64,000 nucleotides of DNA, taken from positions 416,001-480,000 of the forward strand of contig OY762463.1 in assembly GCA_963665815.1 (NCBI GenBank), read 5' to 3'. The stretch is from Candidatus Cloacimonadales bacterium (lineage in GTDB: Bacteria; Cloacimonadota; Cloacimonadia; Cloacimonadales; JAIOQZ01). The position numbers and the translations under genes were made by a program. Positions 40,444 to 50,358 of the stretch are shown here, piece after piece; the stretch's first letter is position 1; each line of letters begins with the position of its first letter. The notes beneath the pieces were generated by a model. That model saw only the letters and a program-made list of their open reading frames with translations. It was not told where the DNA came from and did not search any database.

Positions 40444-40474
40444 AGCCTGCATGTTAACATATGCAGGTTTTTTT
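40444..40474 (+). terminator. Intrinsic terminator
   Basis: agcctgcatgt-taac-atatgcaggtt followed by T-run. Confidence 0.7.
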
Positions 40475-40572
40475 GCATTAAAAAATATAAAAGATGCCAT
40501 CAGTGATTTTAGCAGGATTATTATTGACAATTCACATACATGTATTGCAATTTATACTGTTAAGGAGGAATA

Positions 40573-42996
40573 ATGAAATTCGGAATAATTTTATCAGTAC
40601 TTTTGTTCTGCACAGCTTTGACGGCAGAAACAACAACGTTCTTATTTTATATAAATGGAGATAATTCACTTGAATCAGATGCAATTGCTCTGGTAAATCA
40701 TCTGGAAGAGGCTCAACAGTCTGACAGTATTACAATTATAGCTCAGATTGACAGAACTCCGGACTATGATGCAACTAATTCTGACTGGGTAAATACAAGA
40801 AGGTATCTTGTAACACAGGATACTGACACAAATGCTATAGGATCCCAATTTCTGGAAGATATTGGAGAAACTAATATGGCAGATCCTGATGAGCTGGAAA
40901 CCTTTCTTAACTGGGCAGAGACAAACTATTCTGCTGATAATTATCATCTTGTGATCTGGGATTATATGCACGCTTGGCAAAGAAATAATACTTCTGCTCA
41001 CAGAACAGCTCTTTATGATAGAACTAATAATTGTTATATGACTGTTCCGGGTATAGCAGAGGCTATTGAAGGATCTGGACTGGATATTAGTCTTCTAATT
41101 CTTGATATGGAATATAAAGGAACCGTTGAGACTGTTTTTGAGTTAAAAGATGCATCTGATTATTCTGTGGTTTCTCAGTTCGGCTTAGGGACAAAACGTT
41201 TTGGTTATGTTGATTTAGTAGAGTACATTGCTCAAAATAACAGTACCGGAACAGAAGATGCCGGACAGATGATTATAAATCAAACCGGAACTGAAAATAC
41301 TGCATCAGAGCATTGTGTATCTTTGATAAACAATAATAAAGTAGAAAACATGAAAAACCTCATCAACGATTTTGTGAACGCTTTTGATGAAAATCAGGAA
41401 TGGGATGTTGTAAATAGTTCAATCTCAATTGCTCAAACAGGACACCTCAAAAATTATATGGATTTTGCAGTTTTTGTTGAAGGGTTAGATAACTCATTTG
41501 GGTCTGTTGAAGTAAACACAAAAGTAACAGACATTATAGATTTTACTGATTCTCTAATAGTTGCAAATTCTTTCAATGGAACCGAAACAACAGGGAAGGG
41601 ACTGTCGATTTTTGTATATGACTATTATATTAATGACTGGTTAAAGTATAAGTATCCTTATTGTAACTTTGCAGCGAGATCCTACTGGAAATCATTTCTT
41701 GTTTCACGGCTTGCCAATACTTCATTTAAAAGCTTCAACTGTGGTTTTGAAGACGAAATGAATTCTTCATGGGAAATTAAAAACAGCAATGATGATGATT
41801 TTTTCTGGGAACTTGGTGCAGTTAATGGAGATTCACATAATGGTGATAGATGTGCAGTTCTGGATGCAACTTCGGGCAATGAAGATCATGATGACTGGCT
41901 TGTATTACCTAAAATATATGTTGAACCCGGAACAAGAATCCAATTCTGGGCAAGATCTGCAACAAATTCTCTTTCAGATATTATTGTCAGAGCTTCACAT
42001 GATGATGATATTAATTCGGATGATCCGCTAGTACTTATCATGAGTGATATTCCTACACAATGGAGTAGATATGTAATTGATAATACTAATCTGGTACAGT
42101 ATGAAGGATCAACAATAAAAATAGGCATTCATTGCGATGACTCACAGGGAGATGCTCTTCTTGTAGATGATGTTGATGTTGCTTACACAAATGATGAATC
42201 AATTATAATATCTGAAAATTTTGAGCATGGTGAATTTCCTCCTGCCGGCTGGACATTATCAATTACAAATGCTACACATACCTGGGAAGTAGGTCAAAAT
42301 GAGAATCATCCGTTCTCAGATATATTTCCTAACAGTCACAGATCAATTGTTTGTAACTGGGATGGTGAAAATGCTCAGGATGAATGGCTGATAACAAATT
42401 CATTCAATCTTGATGATGTACCGGCAACACTAATGTTCTGGGCAGGGCACAGTAGTGCCTATCTTGCTAATGCAACTCTTAGAGTACATGTGTCAGCAGA
42501 TAACGGAGTAAACTGGAATCAGGTCTATGAACTTGTTGATGATGGTTTAAGCTGGAGCTGGCATTATGTGAATATAGATTTAAGTGATTACAAGAATAAT
42601 TCAGATGTAAAACTTGCCTTTCAATATGTTGGAATGGACGGTGATCTGGTTGTAATTGACAATGTTGTTGTGTTTACTGAAACAACAGATATTGATGATG
42701 AAACAAACAGCTATAAAAATATTGTTACTTTGAAACAGAATACTCCAAATCCATTCAATCCTTCAACATCAATTTCATATAACCTACCCCAAAAGGCTGA
42801 TGTAAGTCTGAATATATATAACATTAAGGGGCAGCTTGTAAAAAAACTTGTTAAAGAAGTTCAGGAACAGGGTGATCACTCTGTTGTATGGCATGGTAAA
42901 GACTCTTCAGGAGATGATTGTGGATCCGGAGTGTATTTCTATAGGTTGATATCAGGAGAAAACTCAGTAATAAAGAAAATGGTGCTGCTGAAATAA
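40573..42996 (+). CDS. Secreted clostripain (C11)-like protein with two cleaved-adhesin-like domains and FlgD-Ig/sorting domain
   Basis: YINGDNSLE, QIDR, ETNMADP..L..F..W...NY.A..Y.LVIWD, GLSIF; DDWLVLP / DEWLIT; QNTPNPFNPST C-domain. Confidence 0.8.
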   Translation: MKFGIILSVLLFCTALTAETTTFLFYINGDNSLESDAIALVNHLEEAQQSDSITIIAQIDRTPDYDATNSDWVNTRRYLVTQDTDTNAIGSQFLEDIGETNMADPDELETFLNWAETNYSADNYHLVIWDYMHAWQRNNTSAHRTALYDRTNNCYMTVPGIAEAIEGSGLDISLLILDMEYKGTVETVFELKDASDYSVVSQFGLGTKRFGYVDLVEYIAQNNSTGTEDAGQMIINQTGTENTASEHCVSLINNNKVENMKNLINDFVNAFDENQEWDVVNSSISIAQTGHLKNYMDFAVFVEGLDNSFGSVEVNTKVTDIIDFTDSLIVANSFNGTETTGKGLSIFVYDYYINDWLKYKYPYCNFAARSYWKSFLVSRLANTSFKSFNCGFEDEMNSSWEIKNSNDDDFFWELGAVNGDSHNGDRCAVLDATSGNEDHDDWLVLPKIYVEPGTRIQFWARSATNSLSDIIVRASHDDDINSDDPLVLIMSDIPTQWSRYVIDNTNLVQYEGSTIKIGIHCDDSQGDALLVDDVDVAYTNDESIIISENFEHGEFPPAGWTLSITNATHTWEVGQNENHPFSDIFPNSHRSIVCNWDGENAQDEWLITNSFNLDDVPATLMFWAGHSSAYLANATLRVHVSADNGVNWNQVYELVDDGLSWSWHYVNIDLSDYKNNSDVKLAFQYVGMDGDLVVIDNVVVFTETTDIDDETNSYKNIVTLKQNTPNPFNPSTSISYNLPQKADVSLNIYNIKGQLVKKLVKEVQEQGDHSVVWHGKDSSGDDCGSGVYFYRLISGENSVIKKMVLLK

Positions 42997-42999
42997 TTT

Positions 43000-45939
43000 A
43001 TGACTCTGATTACAAAAGAGAATCTGTTTCAGAAGTATTTTGAAACAAATAACCTGTATCACGGCTTGATGAAAAGAAGGGTTAGAAATATCTTACTTGC
43101 AGCAAGTTACTATGATTCTTACATGCTTGAACGAGATGGTCGACTCTTTGAAGATGTGTATTCAGAATTCAGAGAATTAGATTTACTTTTATCTCCAACG
43201 ATCAAATCAGTGCTTTATGGTGACTCTTTAAAGAAAAATCTTTCAGGAAATCACTGGGATCTGCTTATTATAAATCTGAATGTATACAAAGAAGACTTGA
43301 GGGATATTCTGATCCACATTAACAATCAGTATCCCGATTTACCTGTATTAATGCTTGTTAACCAGAAAGTATACTCAAAAATTAACATGCACTTCGAAGA
43401 CATAGATTTGTATGTCAAAAATATGTTTCTCTGGAATGGAGATCCAAGACTTTTTTTTGCAATGATAAAATCCACTGAAGATTCATTAAATCTTGCTCAT
43501 GATGTTGGTTCAGGTATAACTAACATGATTCTTCTTGCTGAGAGCTCTATTCAGTTTTATTCAAATTATCTTTCGCTCATCTATTCAGAATTGATATCTC
43601 AGACAAAGCAACTTGTTAAGGAAGAATCCGATGATGATAATAAACATTTGAGGATGAGAGCAAGACCAAAGCTGATTCTGGTCAGGGATTATGAAGAAGC
43701 AATAAAATACTGGGACTTATATAGCGAGAATTGTATTGGGATAATCACTTGTAGTAACTTGCGCAAAAAAGGCTATAATTCTGCTGATTCCGGTATAGAT
43801 TTTGTGCGGGAAGTACGGAAAAGAAGTTCATCTGTTCCTGTGATTATGCAATCTGTTGACGACTATTACAAGAATTTCTCAAGTGATCTAAATATCAGAT
43901 TCATCAATAAGAATACAAAAAATTATATTCTTCATTTCAGGACATTTATTAAAGAATACTTCGGACTTGGTGACTTTGTCTTCAGAGACTCCGGAGATAG
44001 AGTTATTAGACGGGTCAGCAGTTTTGTCGATTTTGAAAGTGTACTTGAATTTATTCCAGAGGAATCGTTAATATATCATGCATCTAATGATCACTTTTCA
44101 GCCTGGCTTTATGCTCATGGAGAGATAGAAATTGCTCGAGATGTTCAGCCAAGAAAGATAAGTGATTTTGCAACAATCAAGAACATAAGAGATTACTTGA
44201 AAGACAAGATTGCAGAAGCTCGATCAAAGAAGAACAAAGGTAAGATAGTCAATTTCGAGTTTTCAGATAAATATTTTAACGACAGAATATATTTAATCTC
44301 CGATGGATCACTGGGAGGAAAGGGAAGAGGATTGGCCTTTTTTTGCTCATTGATAAACATTCTGGATATGGAAAAACATCACAAGAGCATTAATGTTGGA
44401 ATACCTGTAACCTTTGTTATTGGTACAGATGAATTCTCTTATATTTCAAGCAGTATAGATTACAACAAAGTAACACATATGAACGATGAGCAAATCCGAT
44501 CTGAAATTGATTCTCTCGATTTGTCCGATAAGGTTATGACAAGATTGCGTCATCTTATCAGAGTAATAAAAAAGCCGCTTGCCGTTAGATCTTCCGGTTT
44601 ACTTGAGGACTCTCAGGCACAACCGTTTGCGGGGATCTATCAAACATATATGATACCCAATAACCACTATGATGAGGAAGTAAGGCTGAATCAGCTTGCA
44701 TCTGCTGTTAAACAGGTATTTGCTTCTCCTTTTTTAGCTCAGGCGAGAGCTTATGTCAACAGCATAAATTACCGCATTGAAGAAGAGATGATTGCTGTGG
44801 TCATACAAGAGATTGTTGGAGATGAATTCATTAAGGACTGCTATTTTCCGATGATGTCAGGTGTTGCTCAATCATACAATTTCTATCCGGCTTTTTTTGA
44901 TAACTCCGATGGGGTTGTAGATCTTGCCCTCGGGATGGGTAAAGCTGTTGTTGATGGAGAGTTGACATACAGATACATACCTGAACATCCAACTTCTCCT
45001 CTTGAACTTCCCGAAGATGTTGTAAGGAACAATCAAAGAAGTTTCTATGCACTTGACCTGAGTAGCCGCGAATACAATGTTGTGTCAGATGAAGATGTCA
45101 CAATGAAGAAACTCAGGATAACCAACAAACATAAAGATGAAATATTCAAGCCATTCACTTCGATATGGGATCATGAAAGACTTAGCTTTATTGATTCGTC
45201 TTATGCAAAAGGTCCCAGAGTTTTCACTTTCAGGAATATTACTCATTATGGTTTGAAAGCTGTTAACGATGTTATTCGAGAAGTTCTTGATCTTTGTGAA
45301 TCCGCTACGGGAGTACCAGTTGAAATTGAGTTTGCAGTAAATGCACTTCCGGGAAAAACCACGTTCACAATGCTTCAGATGAGACCAATGATAATGCATT
45401 CTGAGGATGTTGAAATAGATCTAAAAACGATTGATTATAATAACCTCATTCTTACATCAACAAATAGTCTCGGGAATGGGGAAATTGATGAGATATTTAA
45501 TATTATCTATGTGAGCCCTGAAAAGTTTGATGTAACAAAGACTTTGGAAATCAGAATGGAGATTGAACAACTGAATGCCAGGTTAAAGCAGAATGGGGAA
45601 CACTACATACTAATTGGACCGGGAAGATGGGGATCTCATGACAGATTTCTGGGTGTTCCTGTAATGTGGTCAAACATTGATATGGCACAGGTTATAGTAG
45701 AAATTGCAACTAAAGAATTTCAGATGGATCCTTCTTCAGGGTCTCATTTTATGCACAATATTGCAGCTTTGAATATTGGCTACTTTCATTCAAAAATGAC
45801 TGATTACTTTTCATATGAGTGGTTGGAATTACAAATGCCTGCTGAGATTAAGAATTATTGCAGATTATATACATTTCAGAAACCTTGCCTTGTTAAAATG
45901 AACGGATTAGATAATACTGCTGTAATATATAAACCATAA
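43000..45939 (+). CDS. Receiver-like + PEP/pyruvate-binding (PPDK_N ATP-grasp) domain protein
   Basis: GSLGGKGRGLAF, PLAVRSSGLLEDS..QPFAGIY.T, GLGKAVV-like LGMGKAVVDG, VEIEFA, QMRP, LIGPGRWGS. Confidence 0.85.
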   Translation: MTLITKENLFQKYFETNNLYHGLMKRRVRNILLAASYYDSYMLERDGRLFEDVYSEFRELDLLLSPTIKSVLYGDSLKKNLSGNHWDLLIINLNVYKEDLRDILIHINNQYPDLPVLMLVNQKVYSKINMHFEDIDLYVKNMFLWNGDPRLFFAMIKSTEDSLNLAHDVGSGITNMILLAESSIQFYSNYLSLIYSELISQTKQLVKEESDDDNKHLRMRARPKLILVRDYEEAIKYWDLYSENCIGIITCSNLRKKGYNSADSGIDFVREVRKRSSSVPVIMQSVDDYYKNFSSDLNIRFINKNTKNYILHFRTFIKEYFGLGDFVFRDSGDRVIRRVSSFVDFESVLEFIPEESLIYHASNDHFSAWLYAHGEIEIARDVQPRKISDFATIKNIRDYLKDKIAEARSKKNKGKIVNFEFSDKYFNDRIYLISDGSLGGKGRGLAFFCSLINILDMEKHHKSINVGIPVTFVIGTDEFSYISSSIDYNKVTHMNDEQIRSEIDSLDLSDKVMTRLRHLIRVIKKPLAVRSSGLLEDSQAQPFAGIYQTYMIPNNHYDEEVRLNQLASAVKQVFASPFLAQARAYVNSINYRIEEEMIAVVIQEIVGDEFIKDCYFPMMSGVAQSYNFYPAFFDNSDGVVDLALGMGKAVVDGELTYRYIPEHPTSPLELPEDVVRNNQRSFYALDLSSREYNVVSDEDVTMKKLRITNKHKDEIFKPFTSIWDHERLSFIDSSYAKGPRVFTFRNITHYGLKAVNDVIREVLDLCESATGVPVEIEFAVNALPGKTTFTMLQMRPMIMHSEDVEIDLKTIDYNNLILTSTNSLGNGEIDEIFNIIYVSPEKFDVTKTLEIRMEIEQLNARLKQNGEHYILIGPGRWGSHDRFLGVPVMWSNIDMAQVIVEIATKEFQMDPSSGSHFMHNIAALNIGYFHSKMTDYFSYEWLELQMPAEIKNYCRLYTFQKPCLVKMNGLDNTAVIYKP

Positions 45940-46119
45940 TTTTTTAAAATCAAATTCATTTTCGATATATATATTTATTATATAAAAAAATTTAAGTAAA
46001 AATATTAACAAAGACATTTAGTATTTTTTTATTGACATTTTTTCTATTAGACTTCTTACATAGTCATGTTGTGCGATTGAATTTTAGTATTGCTTGCAAA
46101 TGTTGAAGAATGAGGTAAG

Positions 46120-46719
46120 ATGGAAGGACATACTGATAACATTCTTAAAATCAAGAATAAAGTATTAAAAGCATCTATAAAACTCTTTATTGAAAAAGGT
46201 TATGATGCAACTACTCTGACTATGATAGAAGAAGAAAGTCAGGTTGATCTCGAAGGAATAAGTCTTTTTTTCAAAACGAAACGCCAGATACTTGGTGAGA
46301 TGTTCGATCTTTATTTCAAGAATTATGGTGAACTGATGGGAGAGTGTCTTAATAAGGAACCGGCTCCAATGGAAAAATTAAAACTATTGATTCAGTACAT
46401 TCTCCTAATAGAAGAAAAAGATAAATTCATGAAATGCATGAATGATTTTATAGCTTATAAGTTTCAGGTAACATCAGATACAACAGATATTTTTAAAAAA
46501 TATATTAATCTCAGACGGAAACAGAATGAAGTCCTGCTGAAGCTTATTGAAGAATGCAAAGAAAAGAACGTTATAAATACGAGTAATCCCATGAAATTAA
46601 TGCTTTCTATTACATCTTTTCTGGATGATATTTCTAATTACTATGCATTTAGATATGGAACTCAAATCGAGAAAAGTGTAAATGATATCTTTGAAGCAAT
46701 CGTAGGAAAGCTCGGATAA
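46120..46719 (+). CDS. TetR/AcrR-family regulator
   Basis: LF.EKGY.ATT...I......... .F.TK N-terminal HTH pattern. Confidence 0.75.
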   Translation: MEGHTDNILKIKNKVLKASIKLFIEKGYDATTLTMIEEESQVDLEGISLFFKTKRQILGEMFDLYFKNYGELMGECLNKEPAPMEKLKLLIQYILLIEEKDKFMKCMNDFIAYKFQVTSDTTDIFKKYINLRRKQNEVLLKLIEECKEKNVINTSNPMKLMLSITSFLDDISNYYAFRYGTQIEKSVNDIFEAIVGKLG

Positions 46720-46792
46720 AAAACTTTAAAACATAAACTGAATATTATAAATTGGTTAACTGTTCATTGTAACATCAATCTGATGTTAGGGC

Positions 46793-47662
46793 TTGACATC
46801 ATTACTATCACTCTTCTTTTTAACAATTATGATTAATAGTAACAGTATAAGATATTATGGAAATAAACCATACTCAATTGCAGTGGTTCATGGTGGACCC
46901 GGTGCACCGGGAAGTGTTTCGGATATTGCAGAGAATCTATCTAAAAACTATGGAGTTATTGAACCATTACAGACTGAACAAAGTCTCAGAGGACAAATTG
47001 AAGAGCTGAGAACTCAAATTGTGGAAAATGCGGATTATCCTGTTACTCTGATTGGTCATTCCTGGGGAGCATTTCTGTCTTTCTTCCTTACCGTAAACTA
47101 TCCTGAACTTGTTAACAAGCTGATACTATTATCTTCAGGTCCATTCGATACTTCTTATGTTGAAGAAATTCATAGAAGACGACTGATGAACTTCAATGAT
47201 GAAGAAGCAGAAAGATTTGATTTTCTTCTTAGTGAACTACAGAAAAGAAACGAGGATAATAATACACATTGGTATGAACTGGGAGCTCTGGTCGAAAAAT
47301 CAGACAATTTTGATACTTATGATGAGATATTCGATAAACATATTGATGTTGAGGGGGATCCGTTTTCCGGTGTGTGGTACGAAGCGGCCAAAGTCCGGTC
47401 AACAGGAAAGCTTCTTTCTATGGCAGAACTAATTGCTTGCCCGGTTATCTGTATTCATGGAGATTATGATCCCCATCCTTACGAAGGAGTTATTGAGCCT
47501 CTGAAAGAAAAGATTTCTGATTTCAGTAGTTATATTTTCAAGAATTGTGGTCACTATATCTGGAGAGAAAAAGCTGGAAGAAAGAAATTCTATAGCTTAC
47601 TGAATGAAATTGTTACTAATCAGAATACTTGTGATCCAGATGAACAAAAAGAAGGTGAATGA
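46793..47662 (+). CDS. Alpha/beta hydrolase (likely start ATG 46829)
   Basis: VHGGPG, GHSWG nucleophile, IHGDYDP, CGHY. Confidence 0.88.
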   Translation: MTSLLSLFFLTIMINSNSIRYYGNKPYSIAVVHGGPGAPGSVSDIAENLSKNYGVIEPLQTEQSLRGQIEELRTQIVENADYPVTLIGHSWGAFLSFFLTVNYPELVNKLILLSSGPFDTSYVEEIHRRRLMNFNDEEAERFDFLLSELQKRNEDNNTHWYELGALVEKSDNFDTYDEIFDKHIDVEGDPFSGVWYEAAKVRSTGKLLSMAELIACPVICIHGDYDPHPYEGVIEPLKEKISDFSSYIFKNCGHYIWREKAGRKKFYSLLNEIVTNQNTCDPDEQKEGE

Positions 47663-48383
47663 CTACCTGAAAGATAAAAGCTGTTAATACAATTACAACA
47701 AGATAGAAAAACATTTCATTCATATTAAAGAAAATTTTCGCATCATTTAGCAACTTACCTATTCCATTTTCAGATCCGAGAAATTCTCCGAGTACAATAA
47801 TCTTTAATGCAAGTCCTGAACCGATAATCAGATTACTTTTTATTGCAGGAAGTATAGCCGGGATCCAGACATTTGAAAATATATCGTAATTGTTACCACC
47901 AAAGACTTTCACAACATCTTCAAGATTATGGTTTATTGCTGAAAGTGCATTAAGGTTGTTTATAGTCAAAGCAGGCGTTACCATAACAACAATAAGCATT
48001 ATAGGTGTTGAGTTTCCTACTCCAAAGATAATGATAAATATAATCCCCAATACAATTCCCGGGATGACCTGAAAAAGTGATAATGTATTCTCTAACAGTA
48101 TTCTGAACTTGAAATAATGAGCGCAGATACTGATAAATAATGCCGAAAGGAATGATATAACAAAACCAATAAGCAGTCTCGTGATTGTGGCAACGTAGTT
48201 TGAGAAAAAAAATGTAGTGATGAAATCTTCAGAATTACTGATGATATCAATGGGGGATGGGACAATATTTGATTTCACAAAAATGGACACAAATGTCCAG
48301 ATTATACAGAAAATCAGGAAGGCGTACGTATTATTTTTCAGCGATAATAACGAAGCTTTCTTGCGGGGCAAAATTGTCTCCAA
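47616..48383 (-). CDS. ABC transporter permease, NitT/TauT/SsuC-like
   Basis: VPSP, T..RL..G, PAILP, LKII..GEFLG...GIG. Confidence 0.85.
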   Translation of the reverse strand: METILPRKKASLLSLKNNTYAFLIFCIIWTFVSIFVKSNIVPSPIDIISNSEDFITTFFFSNYVATITRLLIGFVISFLSALFISICAHYFKFRILLENTLSLFQVIPGIVLGIIFIIIFGVGNSTPIMLIVVMVTPALTINNLNALSAINHNLEDVVKVFGGNNYDIFSNVWIPAILPAIKSNLIIGSGLALKIIVLGEFLGSENGIGKLLNDAKIFFNMNEMFFYLVVIVLTAFIFQVVIHLLFVHLDHKYSD

Positions 48384-49245
48384 TAATTTTATGATATTCT
48401 ATAAGGTTCTCAGTAAGCTCTGATCCCATTAAGCATTGATAACCAATTCTGCTAGTGCTGTTCATGAGAATTTGTTTGCTGAATGCAAGATCATTTAATG
48501 CGGAATCAACAGCTTTCGCTTGATTTTCAAGAATGTATTCAGACGATTCATCAACTTGATCCAACAGTAACTTTATAGCCCTTTTGTCTATAGAGGATTT
48601 TGTAAACAATGCAAGCTGTGGAGCTTGAACATTATATTGATCTTGGAATCTTTTCTGAAGACTGATATAAGACTTTATCTTGTTCTGAGCAAGAAGAACC
48701 GAAACAAATGGCTCAGGAAGAACTGCATTTTCGATTTCTCCACGTTTGAGAAGTTCAATTGTTGAAGGAAAAGCAAGATAATGTCTTTTGTATTCATCAG
48801 TACTTGACTTGTCTTCTGCTATGATAATAGAATCAAGCAGCAATTCAATTGGACTGCCTTTAAACGGAAGATTGACTTCCTTTGTTTTAAGCTTGAAAAC
48901 AGAATCAACATTTGTCTGATTAGATACTAAATAGGATAACTCACCGACAAGTGAACTGAGTATTCTGACATTTTTGTTATTTTTTCTGAAATTTACTCCC
49001 ACATTATATCCTGTTGCAATGAATTCTGCATCACCACGAAGAAATGAAGCGTGAGCTTTTGTATGATTTGTAAAAAGTTTAATCTCAAAAATATCCAGTT
49101 TCCTGCAGGCAAGAATCAATGGTATGGATGCTGGAGATGCAGGAGCAAGAATTGTATACTTTTGAGGATTATCATCTTTTTTCCCTGTGCAGGATACATT
49201 TAGCAGTACTGCAAATAGTAGTGACAGCATTATCAATTTTCTCAT
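48331..49245 (-). CDS. ABC substrate-binding lipoprotein, NitT/TauT-like
   Basis: Lipobox NVSC, P.KGSP, AVLPEPFVS. Confidence 0.75.
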   Translation of the reverse strand: MRKLIMLSLLFAVLLNVSCTGKKDDNPQKYTILAPASPASIPLILACRKLDIFEIKLFTNHTKAHASFLRGDAEFIATGYNVGVNFRKNNKNVRILSSLVGELSYLVSNQTNVDSVFKLKTKEVNLPFKGSPIELLLDSIIIAEDKSSTDEYKRHYLAFPSTIELLKRGEIENAVLPEPFVSVLLAQNKIKSYISLQKRFQDQYNVQAPQLALFTKSSIDKRAIKLLLDQVDESSEYILENQAKAVDSALNDLAFSKQILMNSTSRIGYQCLMGSELTENLIEYHKIIGDNFAPQESFVIIAEK

Positions 49246-49661
49246 CAGAATTTTCTCCTGATCATTGTTCTGTAGTGTTCGAGCGGTCCGAATCCATATT
49301 TTCTGTATAAATGAACAGCAGACTGGTTTTGCTCGTCAACTTCAAGTTTCATCTGCATCTGTTTTTCTGAAGCTACCTTGCAGGCTTCATTCATAAGGGT
49401 ATTCCCATAGCCTTTGTTCTGATATTCAGGCAGAACAGCCATGTGATGTAAATACAATCTTCGGTGATCGGATGTTATCCAGCATGTTCCAACACATTTA
49501 TCATTATCATATACTGTCAGAATAACTCCATCATGTTTAAGTGTCCTTATTACCTGTTGATAATCATCACCTCTTTCCGGTTTACCAACTCCTGTAACAG
49601 TCCATATATTACATATATCATCGAAGATATTTCTATCAAAATCTCTTAATGCTTTAATCAT
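49245..49661 (-). CDS. GNAT acetyltransferase
   Basis: MAVLPEYQNKGYG..L, N..A..LY.K.GF. Confidence 0.9.
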   Translation of the reverse strand: MIKALRDFDRNIFDDICNIWTVTGVGKPERGDDYQQVIRTLKHDGVILTVYDNDKCVGTCWITSDHRRLYLHHMAVLPEYQNKGYGNTLMNEACKVASEKQMQMKLEVDEQNQSAVHLYRKYGFGPLEHYRTMIRRKF

Positions 49662-50197
49662 TGCTCTCTCCGGAGGTCTGAAACGAGAAAAGGTTTGTTG
49701 TCTTCAGTAATCCATGCTTTTGTTACTTCACCTGTGAAAATTGTGTGATCTCCTGATTTTAACTGGGATATTACTTTGCATTCAAAACAGGCCGTACTTT
49801 CATGCAGAATAGGTAATCCTGTTACTGAACTCTTGAACCAGGGATCTTTCAGCTTTGCAAATTTATCTATATTTCTACCGGACTTAAATCCGCTGAGTGA
49901 CACAAAATCATGTTGGTGTTGTGCCGGGAAAATAAGATTAAAAAATCTGAAGTTCATCAAGCATTCGTAACTGTACCGGGATTGAGCAACTGAAATAGCA
50001 AACATTGGTGGTTCAATTGCTGTTCTCATAAACCATTCAAGAGCTATTGAGTTAAATTTTCCTTCAGGGCTTTTTGTTATCGCACAGGCAATTTTAGCCG
50101 GATTTTTAATGTGTTTTATTGCATCTGAAATTTCTATTTTCTTCATAAAACAACAAAAAAAAAGCAAAATATTAATGCAAGTTTTTAAACCGGTCAT
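49658..50197 (-). CDS. Flavin reductase-like protein (likely start ATG 50146)
   Basis: PPMFAISV, SGR..DKF, FECKV, GDHTIF.GEV. Confidence 0.88.
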   Translation of the reverse strand: MTGLKTCINILLFFCCFMKKIEISDAIKHIKNPAKIACAITKSPEGKFNSIALEWFMRTAIEPPMFAISVAQSRYSYECLMNFRFFNLIFPAQHQHDFVSLSGFKSGRNIDKFAKLKDPWFKSSVTGLPILHESTACFECKVISQLKSGDHTIFTGEVTKAWITEDNKPFLVSDLRREQ

Positions 50198-50358
50198 TAT
50201 TAGAAATTCAGTCCAATCTGTTTTTTTTATGTTGAACTCAGTAACATACTCGTTTTATTTAACCCAAAAAATAGGATTGAGTTAACTTCTGTATAAAAAT
50301 TAATTGACTGATGAAATGGATTTTGTAGTTTGCCAGTGAATACATTCAAGGAGATATT

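Noticed and set aside
40524-40558. Lineage-specific long-spacer promoter (TTGACA-N22/23-TATACT) also seen in the array
   Set aside because: Here the box lies too close to the RBS, and other TTGACA sites in the window do not show consistent spacing.
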